DNA of 64,000 nucleotides from Pecten maximus (taxonomy: Eukaryota): contig NC_047022.1 in the NCBI RefSeq assembly GCF_902652985.1, positions 8,990,001-9,054,000 on the forward strand, in the 5' to 3' direction. The first letter of the stretch is position 1; every line of letters starts with the position of its first letter. Position numbers and translations under genes: made by a program. The notes below the pieces were generated by a model, which did no database searches, was not told where the DNA came from, and saw only the letters and a program-made list of their open reading frames with translations. Below, one piece after another: positions 1-11,589 of this stretch.

Positions 1-408
1 AATGAGGCTGGTGTGATCCCTGGGGTCAGAGGAGTGAGGCTTCCAAAGGAGAACTTAGGTTAAATATTGCTTTAAAACGCTACTATACTCCTTAATGCCT
101 TAATTGATTACAACCATTTTTAGTATGAAACATCATTGGGGAAGGGCAATCCTAATTGAAATAAATAAGGCTGGTCCAACCTATGGGGACAAAGGGGCGT
201 GACCCCAAAATTGGAACTTGGCATTGATTTTGTATTAAGATTCTGCTCTTCCTTTAAGCCAAAATGGATAAAAACCAAACTTGATCTGAAACATAACTGT
301 CTGCGTTTAGATAATTTATGGTAATTTGTTATAATGATGCTTGATTGTGGGGTGTGTCCCTGCTGTAAGTGTGTGTCAGATGACCATTAAGGCCCATGGG
401 CCTCTTGA
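1..408 (+). mobile_element. 3' part of Helentron/HINE-type non-autonomous element with ~160-bp internal repeats
   Basis: Internal repeats (ggattacaaccaaattt..gaaacatcattgggg..tgacccctgggg) ending in the hairpin aaggcccatgggcctcttg typical of bivalve HINE 3' ends. Confidence 0.6.
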
Positions 409-689
409 AATCAGATACGCACTGCACACATGAAAATACATATTCAGTACATTTGAACGCATATTTTGATTTTCAGTAACCTATGACACGGTAAGTGTTG
501 TTGTAGCTGGTTTCACTTATCCATAGATGTTTACATGTACTACGCTACGCTTCAAAATTACGTTGATAGTAAAAAAGTACACAATGCATGGGTAACAAAC
601 TATACCAAAGTCGTTTAGTATGAAAACAGAAACATGGTTTTTCTTGCCACGATCGGTGTCGGCCATGTTGGCAGTGGTTTTGCATTGGT

Positions 690-1045
690 ACAGTGTTATT
701 ATAATTGCTTTTTGTCCGTCGTCGTTTATAGTACATCGTCCGTGAAACGTTTACATTTTCAACTTCTCAATAAGCAATTAAGATGTCTAGGGTTATGATA
801 TATATATGTTGCCAGTAGGTTGCAAATTAGTAAAGATAAATGGATGACCTTGACCTACTTTTAAGGTCACAGAGGTAGCATGTTTTAAATATTAAACTAC
901 TTCAGATATTGGGCCAGAAATGTTGGATGAAAGGCTACCAAGTTTGTTCTAATGAATTACCATGACCTTTCAGTGTCAGTGGGTCAAATGTGTTAAGTTT
1001 TAAACAACTTATGAATAACCAGGTGACATTTAAGCCCCATGGTAA
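690..1045 (+). mobile_element. Degenerate HINE-type element (gaccttgacc/tcaaggtcac ~140-bp repeat family); homologues at ~21385-21665, 33000-33890, 44480-44945, 55990-56770
   Basis: 5' gtccgtcgtcgt microsatellite, monomers atgaccttgacctacttt(c)aaggtcac, and 3' caggtgacatttaagccccatgg. Confidence 0.5.
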
Positions 1046-1120
1046 ATCTACAGAAATTATCACTCTCCCCCATTTTGTGTATATGTAACCTTTACGGAAC
1101 ACTACTCGCTAGCAGCCTAG

Positions 1121-1374
1121 TAGCCCGAGTTTTCTCTGGTCCTGTCACCGTGTCTTCTTCTTCTTCTCCTTCGTACAACCTCCGTCAAAAATGACGATTA
1201 CGGTCAGTTTGTAGGTTGGATGCTGTTAAATAAGTGAGGGAATTTAGTTACAGTGAGAGGGTTTTTTTTCTTAATTTTTTTTTTAGTGGAAACTAAGATA
1301 AAAACATGAGGTTGTGTTTACGGTGTATGCTTGAGATCAGCGTACAGGTACAGGGCCTGAGAAAACTCGGGCTA
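1121..1374. mobile_element. MITE with 25-bp TIRs starting TAG and a 9-bp TSD (AcademH-like non-autonomous element)
   Basis: Left tagcccgagttttctctggtcctgt and right acagggcctgagaaaactcgggcta (2 mismatches). TSD gcagcctag at 1112-1120 and 1375-1383. Absent at paralogous sites 21730 and 45012. The superfamily call rests on termini/TSD recall only. Confidence 0.8.
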
Positions 1375-1608
1375 GCAGCCTAGCAGTGACATCGGCTATG
1401 GCGGATTGCCGCTACAGAAGTAAATCATTCAACTACAAGAAGCAAGAAACCTTGTTGTAGCCTCGTCATAAACCTGTATGGGAGTGAGACATAACCTACA
1501 ACGTTCTAAAGAATATAGTTGATAATTGTTTAATAGAATTGGTTTGGTATTTGAAGAACCTGGTAAAAAGCGTTTTAAAACGTGTAAAACATATATTTAT
1601 CTGTTTAT

Positions 1609-2378
1609 TATGGCAAGCCGTTTTAACATTTAATCCCATTTCCTCTTAGGGGATGTTTTTTCACTTAAGTGAAAAAAAACATAATGCAAATATACGTTAA
1701 TATCCCTTAAGACAAAAAGAATTTCACTTAAGTGAAAAAAAATTATGTGCAGACATAGTGCAAAATACTTGTCCCTTAAGTGAAATTCTTTTCATTTTAA
1801 GGTAAATAAAACTGACCATATGTCCATAAAGTCACTCTGTCCACCTATCCACCCCATGGTATAATGGAATGAACCCCTTGGACCTGTCAACTAAGAAACA
1901 GCGTGAGTAAACTTCAACTTTGATACGTTCTTATCACTTATCATAAGGGAAATAAATAAAACATATATTTAATGGAATTAAAACATAAGTGAAAGTAAAT
2001 CATATGGGAAATAGTATTGATTTTACTAACAACAACTGAAGTAGAGAAAAGGTCTCGGAATTGGTCAGAAATTAAACACCCAATGCTTGGTCAATAGATG
2101 GACTAGTCCATATCTGATTTATGAGAGTGGGTGTCCGATTTACTCCACAGCAGCATTTGCATTATGTTTTATTTCACTTAAGCGAAAAAGATTTTCCCTT
2201 AAGATGAATAGAATCTATTTCACTTAAGTGAAATTCTTTTTCACTTAAGTGAAATAAAACATAATGCAAAAAAAGTCTTTTAACCTTAAGGTAAAAAGTA
2301 TTTCACTTAAGCGAAATAAATTTGAAGCATATTTTACCTTAAGAGGAAATGGGTTAAATGTTAAAACGGCTTGCCATA
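1609..2378. mobile_element. 770-bp MITE with ~40-bp TIRs (TATGG...CCATA) and a 6-bp TSD; IS3EU-like termini
   Basis: tatggcaagccgttttaacattta.. / ..taaatgttaaaacggcttgccata. TSD gtttat at 1603-1608 and 2379-2384. Many internal palindromes ttcacttaagtgaa. Empty site at ~22605, 34400, 45525 and 57003. Confidence 0.85.
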
Positions 2379-2499
2379 GTTTATAGACTTTTTGTCTGTA
2401 GTTACTGTACTCGAGTATCGATATATCTTGAAACCATTTAACTCACTTTGCCCTTTTGTCTTGGTGCGGCGACCGTCGTCCGGTCAGTTGGCCGGTGGG

Positions 2500-2655
2500 C
2501 CGGTGTAACGCGGAAAATGGACCTTCGTTAAAAATTGACCCCGGGTGACTTCAACGTTGAATATTGACCCCGAATGCCGTTGAAAATTGAACAATCCGCA
2601 AATTCTTAACTCCAGCTGTGAAATATGGACCCCGTTGAAAACTGACCCTATTACA
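2500..2655. repeat. Cluster of cgttgaaaattgaccc-type repeats upstream of every full-length copy (also ~22718-22850, 34500-34645, 45630-45784, 57108-57250); probably a transposon terminus remnant
   Basis: Three to five degenerate copies of (c)gttgaa(a/t)attgaccc, starting after ccggtgtaacg in most units. Confidence 0.5.
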
Positions 2656-2909
2656 GATGGTTTACTATTTTATATATAAACTTTTTGTGGTTTGGCAAAT
2701 AACAAAAATGTAAATACCCGCTAATAAACGTAAAAATATTACGACGTGAACATTCGAAATCTTATATTAAAGGACTCAACACTTTACCTGACACACAAGT
2801 CATTTAATGTCCTTGTTACAGGTGCGCATAATCCGCACCTTACCCATGTGACTTCATACCGAACAAGGAAATTTAATATAGATTGCAAATGGCGACGTGT
2901 CGTTTACAG

Positions 2910-2933
2910 TTTATGTTATTTACGTTTCATTAG
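2910..2933 (+). promoter_or_regulatory. 3' splice acceptor 8 nt upstream of the TRIM ATG (also before copies 3-6: AG at 23130-31, 34923-24, 46061-62, 57516-17)
   Basis: tttatgttatttacgttt(c/a)cttAG|AAGCTGAGATG. T-rich tract plus TAG, conserved in the five full-length copies, implying an upstream exon. Confidence 0.6.
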
Positions 2934-2941
2934 AAGCTGAG

Positions 2942-4588
2942 ATGGCGAGTAAACTGTCTATTCGAAAGGCACAGGTACACGTGCCGGACACGTGTGCGTG
3001 GTGTGATAGTGTACAGGACGTGAACTGGTACTGTAATGACTGTCAGGAGGCTTTGTGTGATAAATGTAAGGAGACTCATCAGCGCGCGAGGAGGACAAGA
3101 AATGACGACGTTGTACCGATAAAACAGGCAAACAAAACCCGCCAGGCGGTACTACCAGAGGCATGTAAGGTACACCCCGGTAAAACATGCGATCTGTTCT
3201 GTACAGAGTGTAACGTCGCCATTTGTTCAATGTGTTTTACACAGAAACATAAACAGCATGCATTCAAACATTTTGAAGACGAAATTAACACCCAGAAACA
3301 TAACATGCGTGAGAAGTTGGAAACGTTAAAATTCAAGTTAGATCAGCTCAATGAGAAGTTATCACACCGTCGGCAAAAGAGTAAAACATTCAAAGAAAGT
3401 GTCGATATTATCTGTAAAGATGTCAAAGAGCGAGGAACAAAGCTGAAGGCAGAAATAGATTCTATAGTGGACAATGTCCTTACTGAATTATCATCACTGG
3501 TTGCTGAAGAAGACAAACTCCTTAAAGAGGATTGTGAACATGGTGATAAAAGTGTCAAACAAATAAAGCAGCTGATCGAAGAAGTGGAGCAGCTGTCGGA
3601 AAATCCATCAGGTGGAACTTTGTTTGAGCTGACGAGGAGACTTAGGACTACTATACCGCTTTATGACGTTACTGGTACGAGTACACATCCATACCTACCA
3701 AGTTTTGAAACCGGACAAATTGATACAGAACAGTTGACAAAAATGATCGGATTTGTTAAGGTCGGGAGTAGGAAGGATTCAACGCCTACATACGAGAAGA
3801 AGGATATCAATAATCAACATGTCCGAAAACTTACTTCATTCCAAACCCCTACAAAACTGTCCATAGTATCCATATGTCCAATAGACGACATCTATGCATG
3901 GATATCAATGTTTCTTTCTATGGACTTGCTCCGAGTCACTAAAAAGGGAAACGTCACGGAGACTGTGAAGCTTGATTTTGCACCTCGGAGTATAGCTTTG
4001 ACCAACTCTGGACTACTGATGACTCGAACGGATCAGTCACCGTTGATAAACAAACTGTCTGAGGACAGACGAGTGACGACCTTTGCCGACATTAGTCCAT
4101 TAAAGGCCTGGTTTATCAATGTTAGTGACACAGACGAGGTGTTCGTTAGTACTGGTACTACAACAATACTGGTACTAAACATGTCTGGGGACAAGGTTAG
4201 ACAAATCTCGTGTGGACAGGGTGGGAGCTTTATAGCTAGTTTGACCGGAGGGAATGTCGCGGTTATCACTAGAGGTATTGACTGTACTGAACTGAATATC
4301 ATCAACAAATCAGGACAGATCATATACACGTGGAGTGGAGAACTGGACAGTGGTCAGAAACTATGACAGAACACTCAGGATGGTATAGCATGTGATAAGT
4401 ATGACAGAGTATTTGTACCAGACTTAGTTACTCATCAGGTATACGTCGTCTCACGGAATGAGAGAAAGGCAAAATGTATCCTGGACAAGAAACACAGAGT
4501 ACGAAAGCCAACGATAGTAGGTGTAGACAGGTGTGGACATGTTTGGATCGGCTGTCGTGATGGTACAGTACATATTATGCAACTCTAA
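2942..4588 (+). pseudogene. TRIM-NHL-like gene copy 1 (B-box1/B-box2/coiled coil/NHL propeller) with premature in-frame TGA at 4364-4366
   Basis: ATG at 2942 (MASKLSIRKAQ). B-box1 CAWC..CNDC..CDKC..H and B-box2 CKVH..CTEC..CSMC..HKQH are present. TGA sits where paralogues have TCC/TCT/CCC. The frame continues intact (QNTQDGIACDKYDRVFVPD...GTVHIMQL) to TAA 4586-4588, giving the same 1647-nt length as copies 3, 5 and 6. Confidence 0.85.
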
Positions 4589-5527
4589 TCAACCAGGAGC
4601 TGCAGCTGTAGATAAACTATTGATGGTGGGATACTTCAATCCCTGTTCCTTACAATGACAGTTTAACTCTTTTTGAACTAGTTGTCGACTGTTTCGACTG
4701 TTGGGTTTTATACTTGTACATAAACACCACTTCATTTGACCTTTTCTTATGACGATTACTTTACCTCCTCAAATAGCCTGCCCCGTTTTTCTTGTTTTAT
4801 GATTGTCGATACAAGTAACAAAAAAATGAAAGCGAGTAATTTAACCAAAGGTGGCAACAAATGCATCGATAAAATGACGATCTGCTTATGTTTTAATCAC
4901 TTGACTTTTAAAGTAGAATCTGTCTGTCCTTATCATAGCCTTACTCATCCGACCAATCAGTGTCTAGTTTACATCTTGCCCGTGTCTGATTGATTCAGAT
5001 AGGAAAAAATCAAGCAATCACGTGAGGTACCGATTCAAATGTTTCTAAGTCAACACCAACAGTAGATGTATTGTGTCAGTAACATCGGCCTGATATTAAA
5101 TATTTTGTCTTTTGCTCACTTAGATACCCCCATCCTACTTTCCTATACATGTAATTCTCTCAGGATTGCAGACAAAATTGATCATATCGAACGTTTGTAA
5201 GGATTAAATAACATAACCAAAAGGCAGAGCCTCCAAAAAGTGTTACCTCCGCTAAACTGGAATAGATTAGTGCAGTGATAAATTAACTCACCCATAATAC
5301 CAACTATGAAAACAATCTACACGAACTATACTTAACACAATATTAATTAAGCGAGAGAGTTCCAGCGCTAAAATCCCTAAACTTACGCTAAAATATGTAC
5401 GTTGACATAATGTGTTTAAAGTGTCAGTATAATAGCCCTACAAGGATCAACAATATTCATGTTAAAGTAATGATGTCCAATTTTCAGGAAAAAGATTCGG
5501 AGGTTAATCAGTGATTTGCGGATATTT

Positions 5528-6118
5528 TGTTGTAGATATCGCTATTGTAAACAGATATTGTGTTATATATATAATGATATTATATACAATTTTGATGATA
5601 GATAAACATTCTTACAAGTATATATAGCACGTGATTGTGGATATTGTGTAATTGTCTTATACGGATATTGTATAGATTTCCTATATGTACGCTAAGCGTA
5701 CTTCAAGCTACATGGTTTATTTTTGATAGGATGTCAATTAATGAAATCTGAAGGCAGGAATGTTAAGTGAGAAGTTGTCACGTGTTCGTATGTATTGTGT
5801 CTTATAGTGTTTCGTGACAGTGTGAGATCCTCGTAACTACGGTAACAGGCTATGGCTAGTCAAGGTCGAAGGTCAGTGTTGTTGTTTTTTTGTTGGATCG
5901 CTAGCTTTGGAGATACTGATTTATAATTCAGCTTGCATGAAAGTATATGAAGAGGGACATCCTGTTGATGTTTGTGACATACGCGTGGTATTGACGAGAG
6001 AGAACGCTGTGTTGTGAATAAAGAGTCATCACTGTAAACCAAGTTTTACTTTTTATATTTTTTCATATTACTGGGTTTATCTTTAGAAAATATAACCTTA
6101 TGAACAATAACCATTATA
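5528..6118 (+). mobile_element. Possible degenerate solo LTR (duplicate ~14296-14886)
   Basis: Begins TGTTG close to where spacer A diverges from spacer B, contains AATAAA (6016), and is flanked by attt on both sides. The 3' end reads ..TTATA, not ..CA. Confidence 0.25.
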
Positions 6119-6870
6119 ATTTGATGATATATGTACATAAAAACATCAATTATTAATTATAACAAGAAATATCTTTAAAAAAGATAAACGGCATAGTTTT
6201 AAAGCTGGTGGTTATAAGGTAAAACTGCTGGTGAAATAAATCAGAGATCTATATACTCTAGTTTATACAATGAAAGTCTTTGAATTATTTAACGATCTAA
6301 TGCGTTTCAGCACGGGTAACAAAATTATATAAGTTTAAATCAGTTTTGGTGATAATAAGACTGCATTTGAATCGGGAATATAATTTTATTAATGTGTCAT
6401 TTGAAAAGATTCATTCTGCATTCAATCTTAAGTTGTTTCGTTTTTAACTGCATATCTGCATTTTGCATTTACCGCTACATTGCCCAATCGCATACTTCAT
6501 CCTGACCATTAACGTCACCTGTCGCGTCATATCCGGGGCAAAAAGAAAATTATACGGCTATGCCGGAAAAGGTTATCACAAATCGTTGATCAACACTCTG
6601 GATATGTATATTTTGTGACATACACGATAAAACGCATGCGCACAACAAACTAAAACACATGAAAACAAAAATGGCTTCCAACGTGAATCGACTGCGGTTG
6701 AAAACGATAACAGCTTCCGCAATAAAGAGAATAATGGCCAAATGGGTCAAGACAATCCTAGAATTACACCGGGGAAGCAATACAATAAGATAGGAATAGT
6801 TCAAACATGAAAACAGCAGAAATACGGACGCTGCTCGTATTCTGCTTGATTGTTGGATATTAGGCCATAA

Positions 6871-7011
6871 CAAACTTGGTAGTATTTATACAAACTCGGT
6901 AATGTTTATACCAAACTCAGTAATATTTACCCAAACTCAGTAATATTTACCCAAACTCAGTAATATTTACCCAAACTCAGTAATATTTACCCAAGCTCGG
7001 TAATATTTATA
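6871..7011. repeat. Minisatellite, 20-bp unit caaactcagtaatatttacc x7
   Basis: Tandem copies read directly. Confidence 0.95.
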
Positions 7012-9409
7012 CAGTCGCTGTCACTATACAATATATACAATGTTTCCACTTATATACACATAACTATTTGCGCCGGAATATGTACAGACCGTGCTATTTA
7101 ACATTTAAACCACTGTATATTATCGTTATCCAACTAACCCAGATGGAATATTTCGACTTGTAAGCTATCGTGTGTTTGTGTTTACAAATGAAAAGTAAAG
7201 ATTTAAAAATAATTTCCCTGCTAAATTTAGAGGGAGGTTACCAACTAAATCGAGTGGTCAATCTGGACATAGGGATCGACTGTGAATATTGATATAGCAC
7301 AGAAACATAACTGGAAAGGTACAAAACACGTACATTCAGTGGAAGTAACAACGTTTTTAGCGTGATGTCCCTGTAATCATTCAACATGTGTTTATGTTCT
7401 TTTTCATGTCGAAATAATTGATTGTATATTCCCTCTATGATTGCTGTTGTAATGTGGTAATTACTATTTACCTAATAGTGTTGACGATTACCCTAAGTAT
7501 AAAGATAATTATTATTAATATTCCTCTTGAAGTATTCTCTTCAATATTTTGTCATGAGCACGAATTCACATTAACAGCAAAACAGATAATACCAACATAC
7601 AAATAAAGCCTCAGATTTATGTTTCATTGATAAAGGTAGGACAAAGTAAGATCGTGTGTTTCTGGAGAATAAGTGTCATCTCTTCCATCAACGACATCCG
7701 CCATGTTTTCAACCCAATATTACACCAACACAATACAATTAACGATATGTTATGGGTACGGCGAGTTGTACATTAAACCATGGAACTAAACACTGAATAT
7801 TCAGATTTTGAGAGCAGAGAAACAGAACCAAACATTTTTTGTATACCTTACATCCCTTATTTCAATAGTCACTGGACCATACATTAAAGACGATTTTAAA
7901 TTTCAAATGTCGTTGCAAAAATAAAAAAAAAATCAATAAAAAATAAAAATAAAAAAATCAATATATAAAAATCAAACATAAACAAAAACAAAATCAAAGC
8001 AGAAAAATATTAATGATATATTCACTTTTGCAATTTTTCGTCGCAAACGAGACAATAATTCGTCGAGATTCAAATATCTTTTATAGCATTTCTAAGTGCG
8101 ATATTAAGTAAGACTTGTTTCAATTTTGCAAAATAATATTAATTCTTCATATTATTGTTTCAGATTCTGTTAATAATTGTACCAACTCAATGTCGTTTTA
8201 TATGACATCTACTATTGGTTTAATAATGGCTTCATTATATTTTAATCATTTTAAAACTACTTCAAACAGAACATATTGTACATACTTTATATAGTGCAAT
8301 TATCATTATGCTTTCTTCCATTGGGAAGATTACCTTTCCCCCTCTAACAATATATACATACAGCTAATGAACATGTCCAACTTGTAACTATATATACTGT
8401 GTTTGACATAATAAGTGCCCCCCCCCCCCTTTCTTTCTGAGAAGGATTATGGGTATACTTGCATCAAGGCAAACTAGTGTTTTGCTTTCCTCACTGAACT
8501 GCTTTTGTAATCTTTTATCAAAATAATGTTTCTTCAAACCTGGATTCACAAATAAGATTAGTTTATTTACAACCCATTCGTGATTTTGTAAAAGCAGTGT
8601 GCTTACTATGTCAAATACGGTAATTGGAGAAAAAGCATTAGTTTGAGAAAGACATTATTTCACATAAGCTTCCCCGGAACTATACTGTCTGTAATATGTA
8701 TTGTACACTGTGTTTTATGCATTTGGGATATTCAAGTAATATATATATCCAACTGGAGTAATCTAGAAATAAAGAAACTTCTGTGCATGCTGGGTGCTGG
8801 AGAAAAAGTAAACCTTATTGTAAAGTACTGTTTTAATCAAATCTCTTTTCTGGGTGGTCACTGTTTCTCGAAATTTAGAGTCCTCCTCCCGTTGGGTAGA
8901 TATGTTACTGGAATAGCCTTAAGGGTTTTTACCTGACCTGCTCATTACGTAAACAATTTGTGTCAATGTTTACAGGGAGAAAGATGTATCCAGCTTGCTC
9001 AACATTTATTTTTAACTGGAGGAAGTGAGACATGGAAAAAGTAAGAGATATTTAAGATCAACAAATGAGAGTTCGTGAGCGAGAGAGGGAATGTACTGTA
9101 AGTCATCTTATTTTTGTGTTTACATATATATATTTTCAAGACTTTAATGATAACGAGGGGGCCGAGATGAATTTCTAGGAATATAAAGAAATTCTATTGG
9201 TTCTTTATTATCAAATGTGTGGGATATTAATAGATTGTCTGTCAAACAAGGCTAAAAGGATACACATATAGGATACGGTATGTTCTCTTAATTTTCTCAA
9301 ATTAGCAATTCAAAAAGTCATTTTTAATAATTAAACACTTATTTATTATCAATATGAATGCAATCTAGGTGGCAGATAATAGAATGGCACCCATGTATCT
9401 GTCACTCAG

Positions 9410-9647
9410 GGCACAGTTGTTCAAAGGTGATTAGGCTTATCACACTTTAACAACAATATTAAAATCCTGATCAAATTATATCTGGTAAAACGAACTTGAC
9501 AAAATTTTAAGAGAACATAACAATGGTCAGTCTCTTCCAACCTGACTGTTTTAAGGAATACACACACTTAGGTTGTGAAGTTCAGGAGAAAGGAGATGTT
9601 CGTTATTAAGTGATCAAGCTAATAATCCCCTTTTAAACAATTTGGCC
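9410..9647. mobile_element. Degenerate MITE, PIF/Harbinger-like termini (duplicate 18181-18418)
   Basis: Imperfect TIRs ggcacagttgttcaaaggtgattag.. / ..ctaataatccccttttaaacaatttggcc. Confidence 0.45.
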
Positions 9648-11067
9648 ATGCATATTGACAAGCACTTATGTTTAACTCTTGTCTTTCTTAGATAAATACA
9701 TCCTTTATTTTCACCCATTTCCCTGCATGTTCATTTGAAAGAAAGCATCTTTAGATCAAATTCATTTCTGTGATTGATTCACAACCAATCTGACACATGG
9801 TACAAGGCCGAGCCTCGAAAGTGATATAAACATACATGTAGTTCCAAAATGACGTCATAGTAAAGCAATTGTTCTCAATCTGAAACTTTGCTGCATTGGA
9901 TTCAGAAGTGATTCAGTGACATTTGTCGAAATGGTGTTTAAATCATGTCCTGTAATCTAGACAGCATCAATGCGCTCATATATGCAGCCAATATCAACAT
10001 TGGGGTATTGAACCGGAGACCGCAAAGTCAAGTGTGAATATTGCAAAATAAGGTGATTTACGGTATACAAGGTGTGAGATAGAGATGTTTTGGGTTGGTT
10101 AAGGTGAGTTGAGATGGAAAGTGAAAGAAAAGGTTTTAAATAACGCGCATTTACATTTATATCTAATTTAAATGATGAACACGATATGTTGAACATATTC
10201 ACACAAACCTCTCTCAACCCAGGCCAAAAGTGTATGGTAACGTTGAACGATTATTTTGCTGTCAGATGTGCAATTGACAAGAGCTTAACAATTGTTTTGA
10301 CCTTTGAAGAACTAATTAATTTCTATTTCTGGTTCATTGTGATGATAATTTCACATTTTGAAGATTCGTAGTCTTTTATATGGTGGTGTATATTTTCAAA
10401 TGATCAGCAGTTGTTTTATGCTGCACTGAACTTAGTTCTTTTCTGTTTTAGTGTGAATTTTAAGTCATCATTTTAGTGCAATGGTTAATTTGTGTGCCAA
10501 CAGGTCCCTTAAGTAATCTTAATTTCAAAATAGCAAAAGGCCTTTTGTGCAACATGAGAAATGAAATTACTATGTTTATATACAGCATTTATCATATATA
10601 CCTGGTAGTCGAGGGTCAGATATGTACCTGGCACAGGTGGAAATGATAATCAGCAATGTTATCAAACACTCTAGTCAATGTATAGTTTGTAATCACTCAA
10701 GTCCTAACAAAACTCAATAAACTAATTAATACACTCGGACTTGATGTCTTGGTTATTTGTATCTAGGACTGATCAGATGACCTTATATATTATAGCCATT
10801 GTGCTTTGTTTGTTGTCATGCAGCCTGCATGGACGCTTCACCACTTTGACCTCTGAAGTACGGAAAGGATTTTAGCCCAACTTACCAAGAATATTCCCTG
10901 GTGGAAGGGGATCTGAGGTAATAAATGATGACCCTACTTTACTAAGTGATGAGGTTTCCTTGTCCAAGAAGGGGTACATTTCATATCAATAACAAGGAGG
11001 GATCTTGGAGCCGATCATCAGATGATCTTAATTGAATCTCTGCAAGACTGATATTTTCTCTACTTTA

Positions 11068-11370
11068 TTTTTAGCTCACCTGTCTAAAGGTGAATTAAAA
11101 ATCAGACGTAGAAATTAATTAAATGTATATCATGCTGGGGTAAAGAGCTACCAACTTTTTCAAACTTGTTCAAATGAATGACTTTGACTTGCATTCAAGG
11201 TCACTGGGTCAAAAAGGCTAAAATCTTTTAACAACTTCTCAATAACCAAGAGACCCGGGGAGTTGATATTATGCTTGTAGCCTGCTGAGTAAAGAGCTAC
11301 AAATTTTGTCCAAATGAACAACCTTGACCTACATTTAAAGTCACGGAGATCGGAAAGGCTACAATTTCTG
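11068..11370 (+). mobile_element. 5' fragment of HINE-type element (duplicate ~19839-20141)
   Basis: Starts tttttagctcacctg, followed by tgaccttgac/tcaaggtcac monomers. Confidence 0.55.
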
Positions 11371-11589
11371 TCACAGATTGGTCGTCAAGTTGTTTAATTG
11401 TTGATATATTTTGACAGGTAGTGTTGAGACAGGAAACTGGTTTACCTATAGAAACACAGTAGTAAAATCTCTTTACATGAGATAAAAACATTTCGGTTAG
11501 AAATTCAGTACTGTATATTTAGTCAAAGAAAACAACCGATACAGAAAAGCATATTCAGGATGACCTACATATTCGCTAACCAAGGGTTA

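Noticed and set aside
2821-2870. Small upstream exon after gtccttgttacag
   Set aside because: The acceptor is plausible, but no conserved canonical GT donor follows (AAG|gaagtt).
4364-4810. Selenocysteine recoding of the copy 1 TGA with a SECIS near 4748-4805
   Set aside because: Paralogues have Ser/Pro, not Cys, at this codon. The ATGA..AAA..TGA segment lacks a complementary stem and is also present downstream of copies without the TGA.
6871-7011. CRISPR-like array
   Set aside because: Contiguous 20-bp tandem repeats without spacers, in eukaryotic context with no cas genes.
7630-7710. Penelope-like retroelement terminal fragment
   Set aside because: Only a vague resemblance from memory, too short and degenerate to support.
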